From the NCBI RefSeq assembly GCF_047632955.1, contig NZ_JBLIED010000005.1, positions 21,075 through 85,074 on the forward strand: a stretch of 64,000 nt of DNA, in the 5' to 3' direction. A model generated the notes under the pieces. That model was not told the DNA's origin. It saw only the letters and a list, made by a program, of their open reading frames with translations, and searched no databases. Positions 32,450 through 42,573 of this stretch are shown in pieces. Made by a program: the position numbers and the translations under genes. The first letter of the stretch is position 1, and each line of letters starts with the position of its first letter. The DNA comes from Psychromonas sp. Its GTDB lineage: Bacteria > Pseudomonadota > Gammaproteobacteria > Enterobacterales > Psychromonadaceae.

Positions 32450-33520
32450 CTATAGCGAATTTAAGGTGGTTAATGTTGCCTGCATTTCAGCTTCGGTGCC
32501 GATAGTAATGCGAATACAGTTTTCCAGTCGCGGCTTGTTGGCAAAGTCGCGCATAATGATGCCGTCTTTGGCAAAGGCTGCGAATACTTTTGCTGAGTCT
32601 TTAAAGCGCACCAGTAAAAAGTTACCGGTTGCCTGAAAAATCTCGCTGACACAATCAACGTTCTGCAGTGCCTTTTGTAACAGTTGGCGGTTGTTATTAA
32701 GTATTTTAACGCGCTCCAACATAACCGTTAAGCCGCTGCTTGAAAGAGCTTGTATGGCTATCTGAGCAACTGGAGCGGGCACCGGATAAGGCGCAATAAC
32801 TTTTGACAACATTTCAATAACCGCTTCCTGCGCCAGAGTAAAACCACAGCGAATAGCGGCCAGGGCAAAGGCCTTTGACAGGGTCCGGGTGATCACCAGG
32901 TTTTCATATTGTGCGATCAAATCTGCCTGGCTTAATTCTGAACAAAATTCGATATAGGCTTCATCTGCGACAATTAACGCTTTACCTTCTGTTGCCTGCA
33001 GCAATGCGATCAGTTTCTGTCTGTCGAGCATATTACCGGTGGGGTTGTTAGGTGCGCATAGGAATACTAATTTAACCTGACTGCCGGCTTTGGTCACCGC
33101 GTGTTCAACGGCTTGATAATCAACATCAAAGTTATCTGCTAAGGGCACCTCTTCAATCGCAACACCACAGGTTTCAGCACTGATTGCATACATGCCGTAG
33201 GTTGGCGGGCAGATTAAAATGCTGTCAGATCCTGGCTCACAAAAGGTGCGGATCAGTATTTCAATACTTTCATCGGCGCCGCGGGTGCTTAAAACCTGGC
33301 TGTGCTTAACGCTTGCATAGTCTGCATAGGCAGAAATGAGAGAGGGGGGTTGAAATTCTGGATAACGATTGAGTTTGCTGGAGTCGAGTTGATATTCATT
33401 ACAGTCGGGGGATTCATTGGCATTTAACCAAACGTCTCCTTTGCCTCCAATACGACGTGCAGAAAGGTAAGGTGTTAATGCTTGCACCGTTTCACGGGCA
33501 AGGAGTTTAATGCTGCTCAT
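32450..33520 (-). CDS. hisC: Histidinol-phosphate aminotransferase
   Basis: LNANE, NRYP, DEAY and RTLSKAF motifs. Start placed at 33520 after AAGGGA. Confidence 0.96.
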   Translation of the reverse strand: MSSIKLLARETVQALTPYLSARRIGGKGDVWLNANESPDCNEYQLDSSKLNRYPEFQPPSLISAYADYASVKHSQVLSTRGADESIEILIRTFCEPGSDSILICPPTYGMYAISAETCGVAIEEVPLADNFDVDYQAVEHAVTKAGSQVKLVFLCAPNNPTGNMLDRQKLIALLQATEGKALIVADEAYIEFCSELSQADLIAQYENLVITRTLSKAFALAAIRCGFTLAQEAVIEMLSKVIAPYPVPAPVAQIAIQALSSSGLTVMLERVKILNNNRQLLQKALQNVDCVSEIFQATGNFLLVRFKDSAKVFAAFAKDGIIMRDFANKPRLENCIRITIGTEAEMQATLTTLNSL

Positions 33521-33613
33521 GTATTTTATTCCCTTGCGAATAATTTCTGATGTCCGTGGGCAAATGTTTTCAACACTAAATATTTGCCCAAAATTATTAA
33601 AAATTAACTGTAT

Positions 33614-33669
33614 TATACCCAAACTACTTGAAGATGCGGATTTCTGTATCTTTAAATGATTTGGGTATA
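33614..33669. mobile_element. Short TA-flanked MITE/ERIC-like relic in the hisD-hisC intercistronic region
   Basis: Termini TATACCCAAA..TTTGGGTATA, with inner inverted repeat AAGATGCGG/CTGTATCTT. Confidence 0.6.
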
Positions 33670-33680
33670 TCTACAGGCGG

Positions 33681-34988
33681 CTATTTTGTACTGTTTAATT
33701 TATCAACACGGATAGTAACTGCGCGTTTATGTGCCGTTAATCCTTCTGCATCTGCAAGACAGGTAACCGTAGGAGCTAAATTAAGCAAGCCTTCTTTGGT
33801 TAACTCCTGCACAGTATAACGTTTAACAAAGTCTGCTAAGCCTAAACTCGAATAGGTACGAGTATAACCATAGGTAGGTAACACATGGTTTGTGCCACTG
33901 GCATAATCACCCACAGACTCCGGCGTCCAGGCGCCAAGGAAGATTGAACCGGCATTTTTCAGTTTCGGCTGCAATGAGCGTGGTGAGTTAGTTTGTACAA
34001 TCAGATGCTCGGGAGCATAACGGTTAGATATTTGAGCCGCTTGATCAAGATTTTCACAAATAATACTGACACTGTTGGCGATCGCTTTTGAGGCGATATC
34101 CCGACGTTCTAAAACAGCCAGTTGCTGGTTAATTTCAATGGCGGTTTGCTCTGCAATCGCAATACTGGGAGTTACTAGTATGGATTGTGAGTCATGACCG
34201 TGTTCAGCTTGAGAGAGCAAATCTGCGGCGATAAAAGCGGGATCAGCATTCTCATCGGCAATCACCAATACTTCAGAAGGACCCGCCGGCATATCAATGG
34301 CAGCTCCGGCAAAATCATTACTGACCTGACGTTTTGCTTCGGTAACAAAGGCATTACCGGGGCCAAAAATTTTATCAACGGCGGCAATGGTCTCAGTGCC
34401 GTAGGCTAAAGCGGCTATTGCCTGCGCACCACCGACGGTATAAATTTCATCTACGCCACAGAGAGAGGCGGCATATAAAATTTCATCAGCCAATGGAGGC
34501 GGCGAGCACAGTACTAAGCGGCTGCAACCGGCAATTTGTGCCGGTGCTGCTGTCATAATAACGGTTGAAGGTAGCGGGGCGCTGCCACCGGGGATATAAA
34601 GGCCAACTGATTCAATGGCTTGAGTGTGCATTTCACAGACCACTCCGGGCATGGTTTCAACGCGGATCACATCCTGCACTTGTGCCTGATGAAATTTAAC
34701 CACCTGGTTATAAGCGGTACGGATAGCCGTTTTAATGTCATCACCTAAACGTGCGCTCGCCTGCTTAATTTGTGCTTCTGAGATGGTAAAGTTTTCGCCA
34801 TCTAATTTGTCAAAACGTTTGGTGTAATCTAATAGAGCACCATCGCCTTTAATACGAACATCAGAAATTATTTCAGAGACAGTTGTTTTCAGACCGGCAG
34901 AGTCCGCCATTGCAGGACGAGCAAGCAGTGCTGTTTGTTGCTCATCTGATAAATCTAACCAGTTAACTGTCCGCATTTTAGTTTGCAT
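33681..34988 (-). CDS. hisD: Histidinol dehydrogenase
   Basis: GLYIPGG, GPGN, AGPSE, QAEHG, APEHL and GTNHVLPT motifs. Confidence 0.97.
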   Translation of the reverse strand: MQTKMRTVNWLDLSDEQQTALLARPAMADSAGLKTTVSEIISDVRIKGDGALLDYTKRFDKLDGENFTISEAQIKQASARLGDDIKTAIRTAYNQVVKFHQAQVQDVIRVETMPGVVCEMHTQAIESVGLYIPGGSAPLPSTVIMTAAPAQIAGCSRLVLCSPPPLADEILYAASLCGVDEIYTVGGAQAIAALAYGTETIAAVDKIFGPGNAFVTEAKRQVSNDFAGAAIDMPAGPSEVLVIADENADPAFIAADLLSQAEHGHDSQSILVTPSIAIAEQTAIEINQQLAVLERRDIASKAIANSVSIICENLDQAAQISNRYAPEHLIVQTNSPRSLQPKLKNAGSIFLGAWTPESVGDYASGTNHVLPTYGYTRTYSSLGLADFVKRYTVQELTKEGLLNLAPTVTCLADAEGLTAHKRAVTIRVDKLNSTK

Positions 34989-34990
34989 GC

Positions 34991-35887
34991 CTACTCCATC
35001 ATTTTTTCAATGGGTAACACTAGAATAGAGCTCGCGCCTAATGTTTTAAGCTGCTCCATTGTTTCCCAAAATAAGTTTTCTTTGCTGACCACGTGCAGGG
35101 CGACATGGTCACTGCTGCCTGCAAGCTGCATCACCGTTGGTTGCTCTGAACCCGGTAATAGCGACTTGATTGCTTCTAAATTAGCGGTTGGTGCATGCAA
35201 CATGATGTATTTACATTCTTTAGCCGATTGCACCCCATCAATACGGGTTAAAATACGATTGACTAAATCTTGCTTTAGTTGGTTTAATGGTTCAGCCCGC
35301 TGGATTAAAACAGCCGTTGAACGATAGATAACTTCAACTTCTTTAAGACCATTTGCTTCCAGCGTTGCACCGGTTGAAACAAGATCACAAATTGCATCGG
35401 CAAGGCCCGCACGCGGGGCAACTTCAACGGATCCGGTCAACATACAAGAAGTATAAGGGATTTTAGCTTCTTCCATGAAACGTTTAAGGATATGAACGTA
35501 AGTGGTTGCGATGCGTAAATTTGCAAGTGATTGCACACCTTGATAGTCAAAATCATTATCAACCGCAAGTGAGAAACGACAGGCACCAAAAGCTAATTCT
35601 TTAACTACTTTATGTGCGGTGGGCTCTTTTGCCACTGCACGCATCATGTTTTCTTCTTCAAGTACATTTTGACCGATAAAACCAAGGTCAACCACACCAT
35701 CCATTATTAAGCCTGGAATATCGTCATCGCGCACGCGCAGAATATCAATAGCCATATTGTCACTGTGTGCAATCAAGCGCTGGGTATTGAGGTTAACTTT
35801 TACACCACAAGCTTTTAATAACTTAACGGTATCTTCACTTAAACGACCTTTCTTCTGTATTGCAATTCTTAAACGCTGCTCTGGCAT
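34991..35887 (-). CDS. hisG: ATP phosphoribosyltransferase (long form)
   Basis: [26 protein letters not shown] and C-terminal ACT-like domain. Start placed at 35887. Confidence 0.97.
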   Translation of the reverse strand: MPEQRLRIAIQKKGRLSEDTVKLLKACGVKVNLNTQRLIAHSDNMAIDILRVRDDDIPGLIMDGVVDLGFIGQNVLEEENMMRAVAKEPTAHKVVKELAFGACRFSLAVDNDFDYQGVQSLANLRIATTYVHILKRFMEEAKIPYTSCMLTGSVEVAPRAGLADAICDLVSTGATLEANGLKEVEVIYRSTAVLIQRAEPLNQLKQDLVNRILTRIDGVQSAKECKYIMLHAPTANLEAIKSLLPGSEQPTVMQLAGSSDHVALHVVSKENLFWETMEQLKTLGASSILVLPIEKMME

Positions 35888-35912
35888 TATTTTTTTCCTT
35901 GTCCTATAAACT

Positions 35913-35950
35913 AAAAAACCCTCGGGAGGTGAAACTTCCGGGGGTTTATT
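35913..35950 (-). terminator. his attenuator terminator
   Basis: Minus strand AAACCCCCGGAAG-TTTCA-CCTCCCGAGGG-TTTTTT, between the leader peptide and hisG. Confidence 0.85.
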
Positions 35951-36007
35951 TTTTTGGTAACCACTGGAAGAACGCAAAAATTCTCCCAAGAATAAGATCC
36001 TGAAAGA

Positions 36008-36052
36008 TTAGGTAATATGATGGTGGTGCGATTTCAGAATGATTTTTTTCAT
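36008..36052 (-). CDS. hisL: his operon leader peptide MKKIILKSHHHHIT
   Basis: 14-codon ORF with a CAC CAC CAT CAT run upstream of the attenuator. Confidence 0.9.
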   Translation of the reverse strand: MKKIILKSHHHHIT

Positions 36053-36167
36053 GGTTACATAATTCTCTATTGATTAAGTGTCTATAGATTAACAATCTCG
36101 TTATTAAAAGTGAACTGTTTTTTGTGTATATTAACTATTAATAGAGAACCATTGTGTGGTTTAGTGG

Positions 36168-36338
36168 TTATTGCTCAGCCATTAGCGCATTTTGTGGTTC
36201 GCTGTTCGACTCTAATGCTTCTATTCTTGCACGCTCTGCTTTAGAAACATATTTAGGTTTTAAACCCGGATTCTTTTTAGCATTCATTCGCTTGATGCGT
36301 TTATCAAGAATGCTGTTTAATTTTTTCTTTCTGTTCAT
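36168..36338 (-). CDS. DUF2986-family small basic protein (56 aa; below the ORF-track cutoff)
   Basis: MNRKKKLNSILDKRIKRMNAKKNPGLKPKYVSKAERARIE... The MNRKKK and KPKY.SKAER pattern fits the family. Upstream promoter TTGTGT-17-TACAAT. Confidence 0.8.
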   Translation of the reverse strand: MNRKKKLNSILDKRIKRMNAKKNPGLKPKYVSKAERARIEALESNSEPQNALMAEQ

Positions 36339-36369
36339 CTCTTTTTCCGTACTTATCTATGATGGGTGC

Positions 36370-36398
36370 ATTGTAAAGATCTGCCTAAATAAACACAA
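36370..36398 (-). promoter_or_regulatory. Sigma70 promoter of the DUF2986 gene
   Basis: -35 TTGTGT (36393-98), 17-bp spacer, -10 TACAAT (36370-75). Confidence 0.6.
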
Positions 36399-36426
36399 GT
36401 TAAAGAAAATATTGCGAACATTAAAT

Positions 36427-36480
36427 AACCTTTCTATACAGGCTTAATTATTTAACTAAGCCTGTATAGAGAGGTTTTTT
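36427..36480 (+). terminator. Long terminator-like hairpin with no upstream plus-strand gene
   Basis: 20-bp inverted repeat AACCTTTCTATACAGGCTTA/TAAGCCTGTATAGAGAGGTT followed by a T run. Confidence 0.6.
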
Positions 36481-36532
36481 ACCGATACAATAAGCGCTGT
36501 ATATTTTTTACGGAAAAACAGGGGAACGGCCG

Positions 36533-36781
36533 ATGCTTATTGATAATAATAAAACCTCATGCCCATTTTGCGATGGCGTTAATGAGTGTATGGCAGAAAG
36601 TGCATCACCTTGCTGGTGTTTTGAGGTGCGAATACCCAAATCATTGATGGCTTTACTGCCGGTCGGGTTTATCGGTAAATCATGTATCTGCCAGACTTGT
36701 ATTAATACTTTTAAAGAAAATGAAAATTTATTTAAACAAAAATATTCTTTTAAATCAGATTCGAAAAATAACCTTGACTGA
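36533..36781 (+). CDS. Cysteine-rich CWC family protein
   Basis: CPFCDGVNEC..PCWCF..CICQTC pattern. Confidence 0.85.
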   Translation: MLIDNNKTSCPFCDGVNECMAESASPCWCFEVRIPKSLMALLPVGFIGKSCICQTCINTFKENENLFKQKYSFKSDSKNNLD

Positions 36782-36849
36782 GCAGTAAGCCGCGGATAAA
36801 TCGCAGTTTTCTATCTATAACAGTTATCTATAACAGTTACAAAGACTCG

Positions 36850-37617
36850 CTATTTTAATGCTTTAAATTCAAGCGAATATTTTCCCAAATTTTTATATTC
36901 TATTTCCGTCACTCGATCAAATTGCACTTTGACAACACCCGCATAGGAGCCGGTGATTATCGCTTCTCCTGCCTTAAAGTCCGTGCCGCGTTTGCTCATA
37001 AAATTAATTAACCAATAGATTGGGCTTTGCGGAAAAATGTTAGGATGCTTACCGCTAAATTGCTGGCTCTGTGCTCCCTGTTTAAAACTAACCTTTATAT
37101 CACTTGCCGCATAGGCCTGCGATTTAGTAATTTCAGGGCCAATGAATAAACCTTGATTTGATAAACCATCGGCTAATTTTTCATAAAAGGACGCATCACA
37201 ATCATTGGCAAAACGGCTCTGTATTAATTCTAGTGCCATATGGCAGCTGGCAATAGCTGCATCTATTTGCTGTTCACTGTAATCCTTTTGCTGGGCAGGT
37301 AAATCTTCGCCTAATACAAAAGCAATTTCCGGTTCAAGCTGCGCCAGGCTGTCGTCGGCGAATAGAAAACATTGTGCGCCGCGTTGAATAGTATCGGTAA
37401 AGATCGGGGCAACAATGAATTGATCTTTCCCTAAAGGGTGCAGACATTTCCATCCACCCACCTGATCTGCACGTTGTGCGATCATTTGTTGCTGTATTTG
37501 TAAGGCATCCTCACTTGAATTGGGACGAAACTGTTCAGCCAGTCGGCCCCTTTTTACGCCTGCTTTGCGTGCCTTTAATAACGCTGTTGCTGCTTGTGAA
37601 AATTTAATCTCTGTCAT
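36850..37617 (-). CDS. Fumarylacetoacetate hydrolase / 2-keto-4-pentenoate hydratase family protein
   Basis: GGWK, LEPEIAFVLG, ALELIQSR, LADGLSN and IITGS motifs. Confidence 0.8.
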   Translation of the reverse strand: MTEIKFSQAATALLKARKAGVKRGRLAEQFRPNSSEDALQIQQQMIAQRADQVGGWKCLHPLGKDQFIVAPIFTDTIQRGAQCFLFADDSLAQLEPEIAFVLGEDLPAQQKDYSEQQIDAAIASCHMALELIQSRFANDCDASFYEKLADGLSNQGLFIGPEITKSQAYAASDIKVSFKQGAQSQQFSGKHPNIFPQSPIYWLINFMSKRGTDFKAGEAIITGSYAGVVKVQFDRVTEIEYKNLGKYSLEFKALK

Positions 37618-37749
37618 GTTACTGACCTCTAGTGCTAGCGGGTAATGAGCGTATCGATTGGATTAAAAACGTTAATAAGATAAACAGGATGCTGAGAATC
37701 GATTCATAAAAAGTAAAGCACTAACATGTTTTTTAATGTGCATTTATGC

Positions 37750-37781
37750 AAAAGCGTTAAAGAGGTCTCTTTAACGCCTTT
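37750..37781 (-). terminator. Terminator after dsbB
   Basis: Minus strand AAAGGCGTTAAAGAG-AC-CTCTTTAACGCTTTT. Confidence 0.65.
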
Positions 37782-37844
37782 GGGCATGAGTATAAAGCAG
37801 GCTAGATAATTTTTTTTGCTTTTAAGCACTGTTTTTAAACGCTT

Positions 37845-38360
37845 TTAAACCTTGTTTTTAAACATAGAACTGATGGCTACAATCACAAACAACAGTGTGT
37901 AGATTGAAAAGCTGACAATTAACCATTGCGGCATGGAATAATCTAAAAATTTCCAGACGATATCAGAGCAGTCTCCCGTGGGATTAAATAACCATGGAAG
38001 CCATTCATGTAAAGGTGCCCAGCTCGGGAAATTAGGGAAAAAATCACAGGTAAAAAAGGGAGAAGGGTGCATTTGATAATCCGTATGTTGTATCGCTAAT
38101 AAAGTCCCCCAAACGGCACTTATTCCCCATAATAAAAAAGCAGTCAAACGAATCAAAACACTTTTTGGCGCACTGGCGCCGATTAAACCTGCGAATAAAA
38201 TACCAAGCATGGCAAGACGTTCGTAAACGCACATAACGCAGGGCTCAAGACGCATCACGTGCTGAAAATATAAAGCACATAATTCAAGGGATAGCGCGCT
38301 TGCTGCCAATAATAACCAGGACCAACGCTGCTTGGAGATCGTTTTTAAAATTGCTAACAC
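37845..38360 (-). CDS. dsbB: Disulfide bond formation protein DsbB
   Basis: PCVMCVYER, FTCDFFP and PTGDCS..W motifs, with four TMs. Start placed at GTG 38360 after AGGA. Confidence 0.93.
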   Translation of the reverse strand: MLAILKTISKQRWSWLLLAASALSLELCALYFQHVMRLEPCVMCVYERLAMLGILFAGLIGASAPKSVLIRLTAFLLWGISAVWGTLLAIQHTDYQMHPSPFFTCDFFPNFPSWAPLHEWLPWLFNPTGDCSDIVWKFLDYSMPQWLIVSFSIYTLLFVIVAISSMFKNKV

Positions 38361-38632
38361 AAAGATTCCTAATACCAAAAAATAGAGTAACCTAACTTTA
38401 TCATTTAGAAGGGTTAAATGAAAAGATTTCAACGCCATAATATTTATAAATTATTAAGCGAATATAATAAACTAATTCGCTGTGCTCATTAAAATAGCTG
38501 TATTTTTACACAGTATTCGTACAGAGACCCTTCTTTGACTGTTGATGCTTGATTTACATGGATAAAGGACCTGTTTTGTCTATTAACCTCTGTGTTACTA
38601 TAGAAAGATAAAAAGTAAGGGTGAACATTTAT

Positions 38633-39343
38633 ATGGTAAAAAACATAAAAGGGCCTGCAGACATCGCTGAGCAGTATTTGATAGAATCCATTTGGAATGG
38701 CTCTATACCAGTACATTCAGCATTGCCGGCTGAACGCGTGCTGGCCGATAAAATAGGTGTGACGCGCACAACGCTGCGTGAAGTTTTGCAGCGTATGTCT
38801 AAAGACGGCTGGATTACTATTTGCCATGGTAAGTCAACAAAAGTAAATGATTTTTGGGAAACCTCAAGTTTAAATGTTTTAAGTACTATTACCCGCCTTG
38901 ATATTGAGCGGCGGGCAGATTATATTGACCAGCTTATGTCAGTACGTACTAATGTCAGTGCCATTATTTTACGCATGGCTGCCAAGAATAATGCAAAAAG
39001 TGTGCTTTCTTTTTTAGATAAAGTACCTTCGATTGATGCCAGCAGTGAAGAGTTCACCGAATTTGATTACCGTTTTTATCATCAGGTTGCGGTTTCCTCC
39101 AATAATATGATTTATGTTCTGATTCTAAATGGATTACAGGACTTGTATCGTCGGGTTGGCGGTTTTTATTTTTCAAATACCGAGGCAAAATCTATTGCCC
39201 TGGATTTTTACTCTGACATTAAAGTTGTATTGGAGAAAGGGGAGATACATCAGATCATGCAGGTTGTGCGCGATTCGGCTTTCGCCAGCGGTAAAATTTG
39301 GCTGCATTTACGTCATCAGCTTCCCGATGACTTTCTGGATTAA
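38633..39343 (+). CDS. fadR: Fatty acid metabolism regulator FadR
   Basis: AEQYLIESIWNG, AER..IGVTRTTLREVLQR..DGWITICHGK.TKVNDFWETS. No Vibrio-type insert. Start placed at ATG 38633. Confidence 0.9.
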   Translation: MVKNIKGPADIAEQYLIESIWNGSIPVHSALPAERVLADKIGVTRTTLREVLQRMSKDGWITICHGKSTKVNDFWETSSLNVLSTITRLDIERRADYIDQLMSVRTNVSAIILRMAAKNNAKSVLSFLDKVPSIDASSEEFTEFDYRFYHQVAVSSNNMIYVLILNGLQDLYRRVGGFYFSNTEAKSIALDFYSDIKVVLEKGEIHQIMQVVRDSAFASGKIWLHLRHQLPDDFLD

Positions 39344-39390
39344 ATAAACTAAATTAATTTTTCATTCTTTTTTATAACAGGATAACTCTT

Positions 39391-41952
39391 TTGTCTAAAA
39401 ACAACTTTCTTAACCGGCTCTCCGGTGCACAAAAATTATTAGAAGTCGGAATAATCACCTGTGCGTTTGTCTGCGTTTTTATCAGTATTTCATTGCTCAC
39501 CTTTTCACCGGTTGATCCGAGTTGGTCACAACAACAGTGGGTGGCAGAAATTCACAATTCGGGTGGTCGGGTTGGTGCCTGGATAGCAGATATTCTCTTT
39601 TATGGTTTTGGATTACTCGCCTATTTTGTCCCTGTACTGATTGGTGTTTTTGCCTGGATGTTTTTATGGAAACCAAAATTTAGTTTGGATATTGATTTTT
39701 TGAATCTCGGATTACGTATTATCGGGTTTATCTTTACGGTGTTTAGTACTACAGCATTAGCTTCTCTGAACTTTGATGATTATCATTATTACCCCTCCGG
39801 TGGTTTGGTGGGCGACATTATTGCGCAAAGCATGTCCGGTTTTTTTAGTTTGTTAGCAGTGAATTTTATTCTGTTAACCTTGCTTGTTTCAGGCACAACG
39901 CTGTTACTCGGTTTTTCCTGGCTTAGTTTAATCGATAGTACCGGGGCTGTTGTTATTATTATGTTTACCTGGCTGATAACATTGCCAGAACGCTTTTCAC
40001 TGTGGCGGAACAATCGCAAAGCAGAAAAGCTATTAAGGCTTAATGAAAATGCGCCGAATCGAAGTGTACCAAAAAATAAGCGTAAAATGGCGCTTGAGCA
40101 GCGAGCAGCTTCTAAACTCGCTGCAAAAAAAACGCCTGCTGATAAAGTTTTTGAGTTCCCTGATGATGCAGATGTTGATAATTCATCCTTTGACGATTCA
40201 ACTTTTGATGATGCAAACAGTGATCAGCAATATTTCGATGCCCCCTTTGATATCGACTTTGTTGAAGATGATCAAAAGGATTTACCGGATTTTTCATTTG
40301 CAGCGCCGGAAACAGAAAATATACCTGCTTTTGTCACTGAACCCGCAGCCCCCAAAGCTGCTAAAGCGCAACCGGCTGCCGCGCCTAAACATAATTTTAA
40401 CCATCTGCCGGAACATGCAAGACCCGCTATTAAAAGAAAGACAGTGGAAGAAAACCTGGCTCCCTTTCCAAGTATCGACTTGTTAGATCGGCCCAATAAA
40501 AAAAGCCATCCTATTTCGCAGGAAGAGCTGGACACTGCGGCGCGTTTAGTTGAGGCTAAATTACTTGAATTTAAAATTAAAGCGCAAGTGGTGAATGTCT
40601 TACCCGGACCGGTTATTACCCGTTTTGAACTTGCTTTAGCACCCGGCATGAAAGTAAGTACCGTGACCGGTTTAGAAAAAGACTTGGCGCGTGCCCTGTC
40701 GGCAATGAGCGTGCGTGTGGTTGATCAAATTCCCGGTAAGTCGGTTATTGCCTTAGAGTTACCGAACAAACATCGGGAAATTGTTTATTCTTCGGAAGTA
40801 TTAGGCAGTGCCAAATTTAGAGAAAGTAAATCACCCTTGAGTATGGTGCTTGGTGCTGATATTTCCGGGCAACCCGTGGTGGTTGATTTAGCTAAAATGC
40901 CGCATCTTTTAGTGGCCGGTACAACGGGTTCGGGTAAATCCGTGGGTGTTAACTGTATGCTGGTGAGTTTATTGTATAAATCCGCGCCTGAAGACGTACG
41001 ATTGATACTGATTGACCCTAAAATGCTGGAATTGAGCGTATATGAAGGAATTCCGCATTTATTAGCGGAAGTTGTTACTGACATGAAGGACGCGGCAAAT
41101 GCATTACGCTGGTGTGTTGGCGAAATGGAGCGCCGTTACAAACTGTTGTCTGAACTGGGTGTGCGTACACTAGCAAGTTATAATAGTACGGTAAAAGAAG
41201 CCGCTGAAGCGGGCACGCCATTAACAGATCCTCTCTGGAAAGAAGGGGACAGTATGGACTTGAGTGCGCCGGAATTAACAAAATTACCCAGTATTGTGGT
41301 GGTGGTTGATGAATTTGCCGACATGATGATGATTGTTGGTAAAAAATGTGAAGAGTTAATTACCCGTATTGCACAAAAAGCACGTGCCGCCGGCATTCAT
41401 TTGATTTTAGCGACACAGCGTCCATCGGTAGACGTTATTACCGGTTTGATTAAAGCAAATATTCCAACGCGAATTGCATTTCAAGTCTCAAGTAAAATCG
41501 ACTCAAGAACTATTTTAGGTATGCAGGGTGCAGAAACCCTGTTAGGTCACGGCGATATGTTATATATGCCGCCAGGTGTTGGCGTGCCGATTCGTGTACA
41601 CGGCGCCTTTGTTGATGACCATGAAGTGCATCGCGTGGTAGCGGATTGGAAAAAACGCGGAGAGCCTAATTATGTACAGGAGATCATCGATGGTGATAAT
41701 ACGTTAGATATGCTGCTACCCGGCGAAGAAGCTGATGGGGATAACGATATCGATGCTTTATTTGATGAAGTAGTTGAATTTATTACTGAAACTCGTAAAG
41801 TATCAATATCAAGTATTCAGCGTAAATTTAGAATCGGTTACAATCGCTCTGCGCGTTTGGTGGACCAGCTTCAAGCTCAGGGTGTGATCAGTGCACCATC
41901 AGGTGCTAATAGTAATCGCGATGTGCTCGCACCGTCTCCCGTTAAGGATTAA
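39391..41952 (+). CDS. ftsK: DNA translocase FtsK
   Basis: N-terminal 4TM region, linker, [25 protein letters not shown] and C-terminal gamma domain ([14 protein letters not shown]). Confidence 0.97.
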   Translation: MSKNNFLNRLSGAQKLLEVGIITCAFVCVFISISLLTFSPVDPSWSQQQWVAEIHNSGGRVGAWIADILFYGFGLLAYFVPVLIGVFAWMFLWKPKFSLDIDFLNLGLRIIGFIFTVFSTTALASLNFDDYHYYPSGGLVGDIIAQSMSGFFSLLAVNFILLTLLVSGTTLLLGFSWLSLIDSTGAVVIIMFTWLITLPERFSLWRNNRKAEKLLRLNENAPNRSVPKNKRKMALEQRAASKLAAKKTPADKVFEFPDDADVDNSSFDDSTFDDANSDQQYFDAPFDIDFVEDDQKDLPDFSFAAPETENIPAFVTEPAAPKAAKAQPAAAPKHNFNHLPEHARPAIKRKTVEENLAPFPSIDLLDRPNKKSHPISQEELDTAARLVEAKLLEFKIKAQVVNVLPGPVITRFELALAPGMKVSTVTGLEKDLARALSAMSVRVVDQIPGKSVIALELPNKHREIVYSSEVLGSAKFRESKSPLSMVLGADISGQPVVVDLAKMPHLLVAGTTGSGKSVGVNCMLVSLLYKSAPEDVRLILIDPKMLELSVYEGIPHLLAEVVTDMKDAANALRWCVGEMERRYKLLSELGVRTLASYNSTVKEAAEAGTPLTDPLWKEGDSMDLSAPELTKLPSIVVVVDEFADMMMIVGKKCEELITRIAQKARAAGIHLILATQRPSVDVITGLIKANIPTRIAFQVSSKIDSRTILGMQGAETLLGHGDMLYMPPGVGVPIRVHGAFVDDHEVHRVVADWKKRGEPNYVQEIIDGDNTLDMLLPGEEADGDNDIDALFDEVVEFITETRKVSISSIQRKFRIGYNRSARLVDQLQAQGVISAPSGANSNRDVLAPSPVKD

Positions 41953-41955
41953 TTT

Positions 41956-42573
41956 ATGAAAAAAATGGTTGTAATCATTTCCATCTTGTTAAGCTCATTT
42001 CTGTCTTCTGCCGTTTCGGCAGCGACGGACTCTCAGTTATTAAAAGAAAAATTAGCCAAATTCAGTATTGTTAATGCTGACTTTTCGCAACGGGTAAGCA
42101 GTCCGGATGGTAAAATATTAGATGACAGCAAGGGCAGGTTAGCCATTTCTCGCCCGGGTAAATTCCGCTGGGAAGCTGTTACGCCCGAAGAGGAGTTAAT
42201 AGTCTCCGATGGTCAAACCATGTGGATGTATAGCCCTTTTATTGAACAGGTCACTCTGCTTAACTTAAGCGATGCAATACAAGGAACTCCCTTTATCCTG
42301 CTTTCCGGAGCGAATGAGTCGCAATGGGCGAATTATCAGGTAAAAAAAGTTAACGATCAGTTCATGGTCAAGAATATTACCGACACTGCGCAGCAGAGAT
42401 CTTTTATATTTGAATTTAACAAGACAGGTCAGGTTAGTAAATTTATAGTCATCGAAGCGCTCGGACAACGCAGTGAGTTTACACTGACCCATAAAGTGTT
42501 AGATAAACCCTGGCCTGCGGGATATTTTCATTTTGAAACTCCGGCGGGTGTTGAAATAGACGATCAACGTTAA
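41956..42573 (+). CDS. lolA: Outer-membrane lipoprotein chaperone LolA
   Basis: Signal peptide, [23 protein letters not shown] and C-terminal DDQR. Confidence 0.93.
   Translation: MKKMVVIISILLSSFLSSAVSAATDSQLLKEKLAKFSIVNADFSQRVSSPDGKILDDSKGRLAISRPGKFRWEAVTPEEELIVSDGQTMWMYSPFIEQVTLLNLSDAIQGTPFILLSGANESQWANYQVKKVNDQFMVKNITDTAQQRSFIFEFNKTGQVSKFIVIEALGQRSEFTLTHKVLDKPWPAGYFHFETPAGVEIDDQR

Noticed and set aside
36154-36447. 97-aa plus-strand ORF as a protein gene
   Set aside because: It is the antisense shadow of the DUF2986 gene, with no RBS and composition that mirrors Lys-rich codons.
40043-40649. Long alternative-frame ORFs within ftsK
   Set aside because: They fall in the low-complexity FtsK linker and have no start signals or motifs.
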